Shown: positions 11,571 to 24,364 of the stretch, one piece after another | Numbering within the stretch: position 1 is the stretch's first letter | How the letters are laid out: each line of letters starts with the position of its first letter | NCBI RefSeq assembly: GCF_001194135.2 | Contig: NC_068987.1 | Coordinates: 92,596,352 to 92,660,351, forward strand | Length of the DNA: 64,000 nucleotides | Direction: 5' to 3' | Source: Octopus bimaculoides | Lineage: Eukaryota | Translations under genes and position numbers: made by a program | The notes under the pieces: model-generated | Databases searched by the model: none | What the model saw: only the letters and a program-made list of their open reading frames with translations | What the model was told of the DNA's origin: nothing

Positions 11571-13359
11571 GTTCGGTTGGGTGAAGGCTTGTGAATTTGT
11601 GGCTGACAAATCTTTATTTTATTTGCTAAGTGAACTGGTACTTTTGATAATAACCAAATGGCAGTTTTAATGGGGAATGTTGTTGCGTATGTTTGTAGTA
11701 GTCTCCACTCATTATGGCATATTAACGTTGTTACTTTGGTAAAGTGAGTCTACATTCATATATGTACTGAAGCATTCGTAATTTGAAGTTTTCTCTTTCC
11801 TAAAAGCAATGTGAATCTTTGAAGAAGAAAAACACAATGAAAGAAAGGAATTTCCTTCAGACATTACAAACAGATGATATTAGCGTCAGTATGATACAGT
11901 GAAGATGTCAAAGTTCAAAAGTTTCTGACATCGAAAGATGAAGTTGATGAGAAATTGATACGAACGAAGTTAATATTTGTGTATTGTTTAGTATTCTTGT
12001 TGAACTTGGAGTTTTTATTCCTTGAGCAGCTTTATTATTTTTATTTATTTATTATTTTTTTTTATTATCTTTTTATCATTATTCACCCCCACCGTCTTTC
12101 CTTTGTTTGGTTCTGAAGAGAAATTGAATGAATTTAAAATCCTACCAGCTGGAAGACAAGTGTTAGGACCGGAGGTCAATCTGTAATGTCGGCCGACTCG
12201 CAAAGTAGCCATCTATCTCGTTTCAATCAATGTTTAATGAGAATTCGATTGTATATACTGTGATCTGCATTTAATGGCAAGCAAGGAAAGTACAGTGAAA
12301 GGTGAAATCGTTATGTTATCGCTTCGGTGCCGTTGAGTCGGCCAACGTTTAGCGGAAAACTCATCGTTGAAATCGCCTTTTTGTGCCTGTCTGCCTGAAC
12401 TGCATCCACGTTCCTCATGCAATCTATTTGCCTTTTGGCTGCATCTGTCGTCGCCTTCATATTGGAATATTTATTTGTATTTGTTGGTTTTGTATCAGCA
12501 TTTATTTCTGCTGTTTTTGTATCTTTGAATGCGTCTTCGTTTATTGATACATGACATTCACTTGCTTACAACATCATGTAATATATTCAAATAACAGTAC
12601 TCTGATCCAATCACTTAGACATTAATCATCGCTTTTCTATGAATGTTCCTTGAAAATGTTAATTTTTTTAAAAATTAAGCTTTCAGCCAGGTTTATATTG
12701 GCATTAGTTGTATATGAAAACTATTAACGGTGTTCAATAAACTTTTCAATCTTCTCGCAATTCAGAACAGCATTTGAACAGTGATAGCCGAGTATTCCTA
12801 ATCAACGTAAACATAAATATGGTTTAAATGCTTTTTTTTATGCGTCTTGCGTAAGTTTTAAACTTTATAGACAGACCACCACCACCACCACGCCACCACC
12901 ACAAGAAGAAAAAGCAACTTTTCCACAATTCATGCTAATTTCTTTTTAAACTACAACAAATAATGGGACTCTTAACTTCATTAACATGTTTTTCAAATGA
13001 TTTCCAAAAATGCTGCAACATTTGTAGAATAAATGTAGGAATCATAAGAAACTTTCCCAAGACGCTGCGAGACAGAGATGCATCACATATGGCAATGTTT
13101 CCACCAAACTTTCGCTTCAAACGTTAAATTCTCTCTAAGCATGCCACCGAATGTAAAATCTAAGACCCATGCTGCGCAAAAATCTCAGTATTCACTGAAT
13201 TATGCTCAACTACCGCGAAGTGTGACAGCAACTATCTAATGCAATTCATTGCAATAGAAATACATAGGCTTTAATAGATATGTTTTTTTTGTTTGAAAAA
13301 TAACGTGCCTGGTATTATATTTGTGTTAATGCAATTTCTGAATATATTCCGGAATCAAT

Positions 13360-13411
<52 letters not shown>

Positions 13412-13648
13412 NNNNNNNNNNNNNNNNNNNNNNNNNNNNNNNNNNNNNNNNNNNNNNNNNNNNNNNNNNNNNNNNNNNNNNNNNNNNNNNNNNNNNNNNN
13501 NNNNNNNNNNNNNNNNNNNNNNNNNNNNNNNNNNNNNNNNNNNNNNNNNNNNNNNNNNNNNNNNNNNNNNNNNNNNNNNNNNNNNNNNNNNNNNNNNNNN
13601 NNNNNNNNNNNNNNNNNNNNNNNNNNNNNNNNNNNNNNNNNNNNNNNN

Positions 13649-13685
<37 letters not shown>

Positions 13686-14449
13686 ACATAATGTGGGATG
13701 TATATATGGACATAATATAGGATATATCTGTGGATGCTGCCCATGTTCTCGTAACAGTGGGCAATGGTGGTAGTTTAGAGTCATATTGATAGCTTTGAAT
13801 TATTTTCATCATAAAACTAATTGTTGTCATATCGAGAGTAACATTGTGGCATGGTTTCATTGAGGTTTCATTCTGGCCAATCTAACTAACGATCTCTCTC
13901 CCCCATCCATTTCTGTCTCTTTTTTCTCTCTGTATATCTGTATCTAACAATGTAGCTAGCTGAATCTCTCACTCTGGATTTTTCAATATGAAATACATGT
14001 CGCTTAACTGAAAGAAATCAGCTAGGTTATATTCTAGTAATTCTAACGCTGATCGATGTCACTTTGATCTAAGATTTGTCTGCCTATATCACATATAACA
14101 ACCAGATAACTTTTCAGTTTCTTTGTTATCGGAAGATTTTACTGGCGCCAATCTAATTTGCTCAGACGGGATGATCAAAAGAAACAATTTTTATAGCTAT
14201 TCATTTCTCACAGCTAAATCTTTTAACAGTCTTCTGCGAAGCCCAAAGAAACTATATAAGTCACACATTTAGTATTAGCATTTAGTGCAAGTACATTGAT
14301 ATATCATAAATAGCAGATCACATGAATAACGAAATTTCTGACGTTATATTTAGCTCCTAGCAACACTCCAAACAAGTATGTTTTGCGTTCGAAACAAAGA
14401 AGGTAGCTCATAATTTCCTACAAATGTCATTCGGCAAAATAATTGTTTC

Positions 14450-14640
14450 TAATATAGACATAAACCCTGAAAATTTGGGGCGTAGAGGGAGTCGATTACA
14501 ACGACCTCAGTCCTTGACTGGTATATAATTTTATTGTACTTCGTCGGATGAAAGGCAAAGTTAACCGCAGCGGGATTTCAACATAAATGGATCGAATAAA
14601 ATATCACAAAGCAGTTTGTCTGAAATGCTAACGATTCTGT
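14450..14640 (-). mobile_element. Degenerate tRNA-derived SINE (family of 21709-22150)
   Basis: GTCGATTACAACGACC...GGATGAAAGGCAAAGTTAACC...GCTAACGATTCTG matches the reverse complement of the family. Confidence 0.65.
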
Positions 14641-15054
14641 TTCACCTAAATTTGAGTGTGTGTTGAACGAAAGGAGAATAATTTTATGGGCGAGTATAGT
14701 GTATCATGACATGAAATAAATGGTAGAGAAAATACGACTAAATAACTTAAACGTATTTTCTTCCATGGAAGCTTGCACGCAGTTATAGTGCAAAGATTTT
14801 CTAGAAATAACAGTAAATTTCCGCCTATCTAATAAACTGAAATATTCAACACGAAGGACATATTAGATTATGTAGTACAAGTTGCTCTCGGTGTGATATA
14901 ATCTTTCAGTTATGGTTGATGTAGGATGCAAAGACTATATCATCCCGTATACTGAATTAAAACTCATGAGAACAACTAGGAAAGTTATGCTGATGAAACC
15001 GATATATACATACACAAACGCGCAGACACGCAAGCAAACACATAGTTATGTATG

Positions 15055-15096
<42 letters not shown>

Positions 15097-16084
15097 NNNN
15101 NNNNNNNNNNNNNNNNNNNNNNNNNNNNNNNNNNNNNNNNNNNNNNNNNNNNNNNNNNNNNNNNNNGCACATACATATGTTTCTGCGCGCCCGTGCGCAT
15201 GTGCGTTTACCTGTGTATGTAGTATTTGCCTGTGGAATGTACATTGTACTTGCTTGTAAAATTAAAAGTATATAAATTAAGAGGATGTAACATGTTAAGG
15301 GATATATTGTGAAATAACTTTAAATCAGTTGGATTTGTCCTTGTACCATTGGTAAACGGGGATAATATTTCCGGCAATTTAATTTGGATGTCCTAGATAT
15401 ACTCGACTGATTTTCAATTTGGCATTCGGTGCGAGGCTTGGATGCCAGTGACGATCCACAGAAATGGTGATATCCCGTGATACGGCAGTGGCATACACTT
15501 GTGCAAATGATTATTACGTCAGCTTTTATAGTCGGTGCTTAATTAAGATAAGTCGTCAACATGAAATGGTATCTCTGGTCGTTAATAGCAGTTTAAATGC
15601 GATCGACACAACACTTCCAATTTAGATGTACTAATTATAATTCATTACAAATACCCTGCCGTCTCTAATAGCTAATTTCATAATTCATTCGTTTCCTTAA
15701 AACTATGACTGTTGGTGCCTCAATGGTGGGAGGTGGTGTTTCAATGAATTTAAGGGCGGCAAAACAGCGACATGATTGAAAACGGAAATGACGAATATAA
15801 ATGTAAAGTACACAGAATGAGTTTTCAGTTAGAAAACAAGGACTCATTCAAAATATGGATTCATGTAAAACTTTTTATTAGAAATAATCAGTTTGTCGTA
15901 CGCACAATTGAAAGATAGTTTACGGACTTGCTTGTACACCATTCAGCATTATATATATAATAACAGTAATCCTTGGATGGAATTTATAAATATTTTAAAA
16001 CACTGCTACGCGCGTTTCCACCATTCGCATGTCTCTTAAGATCACATGTGATTTGTTACATCTTAAGAGACATGTGATTTGTAG

Positions 16085-17218
16085 AAAGGCGTGTAGTGAA
16101 GCATCTGTGGTGAGTCTAGTTGTACTAACGTTTTAGTGAGTTAAATTTTTTTTGGCTTGTATTGGTGGGCACATCTCGCCACCAAAATATTGTTTCTGTA
16201 CCTGGTTTGCCGTAGTTCCTGCTTCGGAGTTCCTGGTTTTGCTGTTGCTATCAAGTTCCAGTTTGGGCCAGGAGTACCTGTGTCCGGAAGAGTGTGTTCC
16301 ACGTGGTTTTTTGTTTTGTTTTTCCTGAACTGTTCCCCCCCCCACTGTTTACTTGAAAGGCTATTTTTTAAAACTATCTCTGTGAAAAGTTTTTTTTTTT
16401 TTTTTTTTTTTTCCTAACATGACGGACAACAAGAACAACAAGAAAAGCACTGCTTTGATGTGGGAGATTATCCCACTCAAAGTGTGGCTTAAACAGCGAG
16501 AGAAGACGGTGATACTGAAAACGTACTCGAAAGTTCTCGACGCCATTGCCGTCTTCTCCTAGCAGGAAATTGAAAACGAGTTAGCAGACTATCTGCCGAC
16601 TGTGAAGTTTATTGCCCAGGGTGTCGGATATGCAACGATTTGGTTGCTATTTGACATCCTGGAGGAGGCTCGTATTTTTGCGAGCCAGCCCCTGGAGGGC
16701 AATATAATTTCATTTCTTCTCACGTATTGTGGGAGGAAATTAACGAGGGCTTGTTTCAGCGGGCTCCCACCCAATATAGAACCAGGGTGGATAGAGGACA
16801 CTATCCACCGGGGTCTGGGTGGCAGCAGCGCCAAGCTCCTCAGCATAAAGCTGCTACTGGTGGCTTATTGGATCGAGTCAAAAGTGGTTTTGACCCTGTG
16901 GACCCAATCAGCACATAATTTAGTCTTTCCGGACTTTTTGACTATGGCTCGGTGCAGGTACCCGGTGATTCTTGAGGGTCGGTAACACAATACCGGCATG
17001 TCCCGGAACTTTGTCGGTAGGGATTGTTCCACCGACGGGTGAAGAGCCATCGTCGGTGGGAATTGTGCCACCGACGGTGGAAATGACTACCCCGCTGCCT
17101 AAAGGAGAAGAATTATTTTTCCTGTACAGGGGCGGGGAGGTGGAGAAGGGAGCGGAGAAGCACCAATAGGGAGTAGTTTGGGCCTGCACACGGGATTCCG
17201 AACGGCCTCCGCAGATAG
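16085..17218 (+). mobile_element. L1/Tx1-like LINE 5' end: 5'UTR and pseudogenised ORF1
   Basis: GC-richer block; poly-T then ATG at 16419: MTDNKNNKK...KTVILKTYSKVLDAIAVFS*QEIENELADYLPTV...LTYCGRKLTRACFSGLPPNIEPGW...YPVILEGR*. One frame across two stops, cut off by a gap. The clade assignment is by motif resemblance only. Confidence 0.65.
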
Positions 17219-17813
17219 NNNNNNNNNNNNNNNNNNNNNNNNNNNNNNNNNNNNNNNNNNNNNNNNNNNNNNNNNNNNNNNNNNNNNNNNNNNNNNNNNN
17301 NNNNNNNNNNNNNNNNNNNNNNNNNNNNNNNNNNNNNNNNNNNNNNNNNNNNNNNNNNNNNNNNNNNNNNNNNNNNNNNNNNNNNNNNNNNNNNNNNNNN
17401 NNNNNNNNNNNNNNNNNNNNNNNNNNNNNNNNNNNNNNNNNNNNNNNNNNNNNNNNNNNNNNNNNNNNNNNNNNNNNNNNNNNNNNNNNNNNNNNNNNNN
17501 NNNNNNNNNNNNNNNNNNNNNNNNNNNNNNNNNNNNNNNNNNNNNNNNNNNNNNNNNNNNNNNNNNNNNNNNNNNNNNNNNNNNNNNNNNNNNNNNNNNN
17601 NNNNNNNNNNNNNNNNNNNNNNNNNNNNNNNNNNNNNNNNNNNNNNNNNNNNNNNNNNNNNNNNNNNNNNNNNNNNNNNNNNNNNNNNNNNNNNNNNNNN
17701 NNNNNNNNNNNNNNNNNNNNNNNNNNNNNNNNNNNNNNNNNNNNNNNNNNNNNNNNNNNNNNNNNNNNNNNNNNNNNNNNNNNNNNNNNNNNNNNNNNNN
17801 NNNNNNNNNNNNN

Positions 17814-17960
17814 CTTTCCCCACTCCATCCATCCACACAAACCGAGGTCTTCCACAGGTTCCGCTTCCTACCACATCTGTCTTCATTACCCCCTTACCAT
17901 CCACTCCTCACCCATCCTCTCCATGTTGCCAAACCACCTCAATATTTGTCTATCTCCCTT
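17814..17960 (-). mobile_element. RTE-clade LINE C-terminal fragment
   Basis: Minus translation LRWFGNMERMGEEWMV...VVGSGTCGRPRFVWMDGV matches the RTE LRWFGHVERM...GRPR.RW.D motif. Confidence 0.75.
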
Positions 17961-19264
17961 AACCACGCAATGCTGTTAGCATTTAGGCAACGCTCATAGA
18001 AGTCGTTTGATTATCATGAAGATGCCTGGTAAAACACTTGAAACTCTGCCTCGCCTAGGTGCTGCATCCTATCATCGCTGTTTCTGTTTTCTACTATTAT
18101 TGCAGCCGCTGCTCCACTTGTCAAGCTTATATCATGCCATTTGCATATATACGCCTTCGTCAACTATATTGTGTTCAGCCCAAGGCCCAATAGTGAGCAT
18201 AATACATAGTCCATATATTCTACAAAATATATGCAACATTAATTTTGATCATTAATTTTTTTCACACGTCGTATAATCAAGAATGTGAATGAGAAACACA
18301 ACCAACATTATCAACACCAGTGTTCATGAATCTGAACAAAACTGCTATGCTCAAAGTAGAAAATAAGGCAGAATTTAACATTTTTCTTGCCGGTAGAGAA
18401 TGAGAAAAATACAAAACTGTATTTAACATTCTGATAAAAATAATCTTATAAGTTGACCAGAAATAGAAGCCAACCGCATGCAGAGACAACACACGTACAC
18501 ACAGACCCACATACGGAGAAAAAAAAATACATATACACTAACTTATCCTCATATAAATACAATAAGTCACACATGACTTTGTATACAAGATTCAATTTTA
18601 GAATAAACAGAGATGCTGCATCTCGGTACCAAGTGAAGTGTTCTTTGTATTTACGTATATTAAATATACGAAGCCAGAAAATAAAAGAAATAGCTATGAA
18701 AATTATAACAAGTCCAATTATTTTCCTAGACTGTAAATACACACAGTTGTTTATGTCGGAATTCCTCGGGGATTCACGTGAAAAGAATTTAAATAATATT
18801 TTCTTAGCAAGTTGAAAACACTTACCAAACAAATCCCCTGTAGTCTTCGGAAATAAAGGTAGAACAGTTTTTTTTTGTTGTTATTTTAGGAAAACACGTT
18901 TAGGAGTCGGTTGAAATTAAAAAAACAAAGAAAATATATGATTTTCAGTGACATAAATATATTTTTTAACACCAGTATAGATTCATACACGATATATAGT
19001 TGCATGCATATATACATATATTCATATGTGAGTGCGCGCGAATGTTTATACACAAATATGTATACACAACTTTACGAATATGTATGAGTACAGATGTGTG
19101 TGTGCGTTTGTTTTATACACAGATATTAAATATATAGGTGTTCATATACCTATAAATGTGTACATTCACGCACACATACACATACGTATGCCTGCGCCTG
19201 TGTGTATGTATATGAAATAGTTAATAGCCACCAAAGCCGTATAAATACCAAAATGTAATATTTA

Positions 19265-19775
19265 TCCCCATCTGAATGTAAATCTTAAGAACACAGCATA
19301 CCGCGTTATTTACCATGAGAGAACCTCCGATATAGACTGATGATGCCAGGAGACTGTCATCAGATACCGGCGCGGGAACCGCCACATCACTTTATTTCAT
19401 CCTTTCTTGGCTCTATCAATGTCTGACATCCGTGGCAAGACACAGCATCGATTCCCACGTCAGCGATGGACATAGTATCTCCGTTTCTGTTCAGACACTG
19501 AGGTCTCAAATAACCGTTGGGCATATTAAAAAATAATAATCGCCTGCTTCCGCCACCGGCACTGCCTCTGTGTCAATTATTTTTTAATAAGCTTTCTGGA
19601 TAATTGCTACGCCTGAAGAGACACTGAGACTCTATGTAAATCGTTGACAGAGGAATTGATGCTATGTATAGCGAAGGACGCCTGTCATTGAGAGGGCCAA
19701 GAGAAGCCGAAATCATGCGATCTGGCAGTTCCCGCAGTAGTGAACAAGTATCTCCCGACAGCGATATAAACAGTC
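19265..19775 (+). mobile_element. Non-coding Penelope-like / retrozyme-like repeat with hammerhead motifs
   Basis: GC-richer non-coding block with CTGATGA (about 19338), CTGAAGA (about 19613) and a near-complete hammerhead at 19682-19728. Boundaries are approximate. Confidence 0.45.
19682..19728 (+). ncRNA. Candidate type I hammerhead ribozyme (U3-A8 variant, G at position 9)
   Basis: Stem I CTGTCA/TGGCAG; core TTGAGAG; stem II GGC-(CAAGAGAA)-GCC; GAA; stem III ATC-(ATGC)-GAT; cleavage triplet AUC at 19720-19722. Confidence 0.55.
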
Positions 19776-19837
19776 ATACAAATACACACTCATACAAATA
19801 TATATATATGTGCATATAAATATAATGTATACATGTT

Positions 19838-20150
19838 TGTGGTAAGTAGTTTGCTTACCAACCACATGTTTCCGGGTTCAGTCCCACTGCCCGACACCTT
19901 GGGGGACTGTTTTCTACTATGATATCGGGCAGACCAAAGTGTGTGGGGTGGGTGTATGCATGTTTGTGTGTCTGTGGTTGTCCCCACAACATCGGTTGAC
20001 AACTGATGATGGTGTGTTGACGTCCCCGTAACTTAGCAGTTCGGTAAAAGAGACCGATAGTACTGGACTTACAACGCATGCGTCCTGGTGTAGACTAAAG
20101 GCGGTGCTCCTGCATAGTCACAGTCACATGACTGAAACAATAAAAAATAA
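19838..20150 (+). mobile_element. tRNA-derived CORE-like SINE (resembles octopus OR-type)
   Basis: A box TGTGGTAAG, B box GGGTTCAGTCCC, CCTTGGG..TTCTACTAT core-like segment, internal (TG) tract, 3' GGCGGTGCTCC...GACTGAAACA and an A-rich tail. Homologous to 39377-39750. Confidence 0.85.
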
Positions 20151-20227
20151 ACAATAAAATAAATACATATACTTGTGTGTGTGTGTGTGTGTGTGTAAAT
20201 ATATGCGTATATATACACATACATAGG

Positions 20228-20587
20228 GGAGGAATTTCAACCATGTTTCGTGGTCTGCTACCACAACAGCTCCTTTATAGGATCCAGTTAGCTCAAGACA
20301 TCATCAGGAGGAACCACGTCCGGTTTCGGCCCCTACTCCTCTACCGTTTTGACGTGGCGGGGCCACCCCCTTTCGGAGGTGTCTTCAGCTCTGGTGTTGG
20401 GTGCATGTCTTCTTTCACTGTTTGTGACTGTTCTAATTCAACTGTGGAATGTCCCTCGCTATGGTTATTTTCCAGGAGGTTCTGACCACACGTCTTACGG
20501 TTCATCAACCCGCGTTGTTGAACTACTTTTTCCGACATACCTTCCCTTGGTGGATTAGGATCCAGTTAGCTCAAGACATCATCAGGA
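20228..20587 (-). mobile_element. Unclassified PLE-like repeat with a perfect 32-bp direct repeat
   Basis: TAGGATCCAGTTAGCTCAAGACATCATCAGGA at 20278-20309 and 20556-20587. The minus strand has CTGATGA, CTGAAGA and two GAAAC motifs. Confidence 0.45.
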
Positions 20588-21708
20588 ATATATATGGATG
20601 ATATAAGAATATATAAATGATTATGTGCGTGTTTGTACATGTATGTGTGTGCGTGTCGGCGTGTGTCCATTCACATGCGCATATGTATGAACTATTCTAT
20701 CAAGATTGTCAACTATTTGGAGGAACTAAAACTTACTACTAATACACACTGAGCCCCCGTGTCACCAGTCATATAGATGAACTCACATCAATTCATAACA
20801 CTGCGTTACAAGAACACAACTTTTTTTTATTGCCACAGTCTCCAATATTTATATAATTAACTATCATATATAAAGATATCTGCAGAAAAAATTATATATA
20901 TATATACATGTTCATATGTAGATACACCTATCTAAGAATACATACACTCGCACCTATGTATATATAAAAAAAACTAAAAGCGCTTTCTCTTCTAGTTCTC
21001 ATAAATCATTAGAACGCTACACTAGCCAGATTTCCACGTTTGTTCACAGGTACTAAGACGACAATAAAAGTTTACTGAATAAAAGTTTACGTTAGCTCTA
21101 TCTTTAGGCATATCTGGAAAGACTAGTCGAACATTTCTTAAAATTGCTGAGTTATAAATATCAAGGTGTCAATCACCAAGTTCTAAAATATATGAAGATA
21201 TTGCAAAATTATGGGATTTCGATTGAGAGCTATGTAGCAATTTAAGGTTGACGTAAGGTAATAATGAACCGGCAAAATAGTTTTCTTTAAAAGTTAGAGC
21301 CGTCGTTTTCATTAATCAAAAATGTTTTGATATCATTAGAAAAGACATGCAACTTTATTGTTTGTCAGCTTTTGCATTAAACAACGTGTCTGCTATTTAA
21401 TACTAAAAATATATTACCTTCCATAGGAAAATTTCCGGTGGCAAGTTCTGAAAAGATCAGATGTGTTGGGCTTATTTATATATTTTCTTTACCCTTACCT
21501 AACTTATTTTCTTTGCTTCAAAGTTACTGACTGTATATTATGCATCATTTTGCGAATAGAGTCAGAGAGAAGGAATGAGAGAGAAAGAGAAACACAGAGT
21601 TATGTAAGGGTAAGCAAAATACATAAATGAGCCCAATACCATCTGATTGTACCAGAATTTGCCACTGGAAATATTCTTGTGGAATGTAATATATTTTCAG
21701 TATTAATG

Positions 21709-21912
21709 CACCGAGCTAACAGAAACGTTACCACGCCGGGCAAAACGCTTAGCTGTATTTCATTCGTCATTATGTTCTGAGTTCAAATTCCGCCGAGGTC
21801 GAATTTGCATTTAATCCTTTCGGGGTCGATGAATTAAGTACCAGTTGCGTACTTGGGTCGATCTAATCGACTGGCCCCCTTCCCCAAAATTTCGGGCCTA
21901 GAGTAGAAAAGA
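21709..21912 (+). mobile_element. tRNA-derived SINE (octopus OK-like family), tail type 1
   Basis: Head with B box GAGTTCAAATTCC, central CCTTTCGGGGTCGATGAATTAAGTACCAG, tail GGCCTAGAGTAGAAAAGA. Confidence 0.9.
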
Positions 21913-21918
21913 GTATTA

Positions 21919-22150
21919 AGGCGCGAGCTGGCAGAAACATTAGAACGCCGGGCGAAATGCTTAGCGGTATTTCGTTTGCCGTTACGTCCTGATTTCAAAT
22001 TCCGCCGAGGTCGACTTTGCCTTTCATCCTTTCGGGCTCCATAAATTAAGTACCAGCTACGCACTGGGTCGATATAATCGATTTAATCCCTCTGTCTGTC
22101 CTTGTTTGTCCCCTCTATGTTTAGCCCCTTGTGGGCAATAAAGAAATAAG
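21919..22150 (+). mobile_element. tRNA-derived SINE (same family), tail type 2
   Basis: Full head AGGCGCGAGCTGGCAGAAAC, same central domain, tail CCCCTTGTGGGCAATAAAGAAATAAG; followed by (GA)n at 22180-22247. Confidence 0.9.
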
Positions 22151-22175
22151 AAACGTTAGCACGTAAGAGTGAGAG

Positions 22176-22251
<76 letters not shown>

Positions 22252-24328
22252 TTGGATTCTGAGCACTTTTGAAATTTGTCCGAGGCTTTCTCAACACGTT
22301 CAGGATTTTTCTTCTCTCTGTGATCTTGATTCTTTCCCTTCTTTTATTACTGGAGTTTAAAAAAATCGAGTATAATAGTTTTAAGATGAATATTGCCTGA
22401 ATGCCTACGATCCAGTTGCATCTCTACGTATTTTTCCTTCATTTTATTCTTTTGTTGTGTTTTAGTTTCGTTATCTTTACCATTCCCGCATTTATTTCGC
22501 ATCTTCCTTTACTAACCTGGATAGTTTCATGAATAATTTACTGTTTCATTTTTCAAATATCGCCCTCAGAATGGCACCGAACATCATAATCAGAATTGAT
22601 AACTATAATTTGAACACTTATGCAATATCTATTAGCTGAGATGGTAAGAAGAATAACTTAAGTGTTTACAGTTTTGCTCCTAGGTACCTATCAAATTTTG
22701 CTAGCAACCTGTACCTGTACTATTAACTTAAAAATAATGCTTATGCATTCAGGCTGAATCCCCTTTCTATATCGGAGAATGAAAGACACGAAGACAGAAA
22801 ATTCAAAAAGCTTTCTTTCTGAAGATTAATTTTATTCTCCTCATTTTCTCTCCTCACTTTACGAAATCTTTTCTATTGTCTTTGTTTTCAATTTGTTATC
22901 GCAGCAATTTTTCAGTATTTGACCAGATCAAATATTTTCAACTGCGTTTCAGCCTAAATGCAATCAATTAAAAATCAACGTAATGTATTTTAGGCTTTAT
23001 TTTAGGTGCATGTTTATACATTTGCATATGCATCGAACACCATATTTTCATATTTCGATGAATCTTTCCATTAGCAAGCAATTCTCTGATAACATTTATT
23101 TACGTGTTATCTAAGCCGTTGGTATATTCAAATTCAGGGTTTACCAGCTTCATTCCTCATTTGTTATTTCTAATACCGGAAGTATGAATATCAGTCATGA
23201 GATTTGAGGATTTACATGTTACTCTACAGCTTGATATCATAGTCTTTGTATGAAGTAATTTCATCTTCCCTTTTTCGTCTCTCTAAGTTTCCAAATTCCT
23301 TACGTGCACATATAATATACAATAATATAGTTTATGATAGATATATATATATATATGAAAGAAATAATTGAGATTCAGTTGAATTAAGTACTTAAGTTGA
23401 AGCACCAAGTCAGTCCGGTATTATCTGGACAGTTCGAAGTAATGTGTATAAAATTAAAATAAGCAACAGTTAAAAAAAAGTGTTGCAGTACGACCGTTTC
23501 AATGGGCTCCATTTAATTGAACAATGCAAGCATTATATCAATTTGAATGCAGGATTAATAAGTAAATAGTTAAGTACATGAATGAATACTAAACTGATTT
23601 TATGTAATCTTTCCTTTTCAATGTTGAAAATTGATATATATACAATTTTACCTATTTTGGTTATGATATCATTTTTGATAATCTTTAATTTTTATCTATA
23701 TACAACATAACAATATTGTTTATAAACAATCACCCATAGTACCACATGATAAAATGTGCTCTGTTTTAACATCATAGGTTTTATTAGCGTCTCGCCCTTT
23801 TAACTGGTAATTAACATCAGGATTGAGGGTCTTCCCCTACCCAGCCTCCTTTATATACTGTTACTTGATACCCAATATACCCTAATATTTTGACAATATT
23901 TATGATCATACCTAGCCATGAGCTGTCAAGTCAATCTTACCCTTCGTTGCAAAGAAATACAGTCCTCTAGTCTTAGATTTAGTAGCTAATAAACAGAAAA
24001 ATAAATTAGAAATGAACCACAATCATTTACAAGCTATGATCCCAGTAAGTTTCATACATTTCTTGGAAGTGTAGTATATTGTTAGCTACAATTGCGACAA
24101 CATGAATTTCTTCCATCTTGCTCTGTTAAAGTATTTTAGTAAAATTATATTAATGTGTCTGACTGATTAAAATTCTATTTATTTATGTAGTTGATGATAG
24201 CCCTGCATTTAAATTGATGTAATGATGGCATTGGTTAATTAAATGGAGCCGCTCGAAAAGGTCTTATTGCATCAGTTTTTGACAACCTGTTGCTTATTTT
24301 GATATACATACATACATACATGCATACA

Positions 24329-24364
<36 letters not shown>

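Noticed and set aside
11631-11743. AG/GTGAGT-bounded segment encoding MAVLMGNVVAYVCSSLHSLWHINVVTLVK
   Set aside because: Weak AAG acceptor, and the nearest downstream acceptors give immediate stops.
18826-18837. Possible 12-nt minus-strand microexon (CAG|GGGATTTGTTTG|GTAAGT)
   Set aside because: Too short to distinguish from chance without RNA data.
22570-22643. Segment with good + strand acceptor and donor
   Set aside because: All three frames contain stops; at most a non-coding exon, with no other support.
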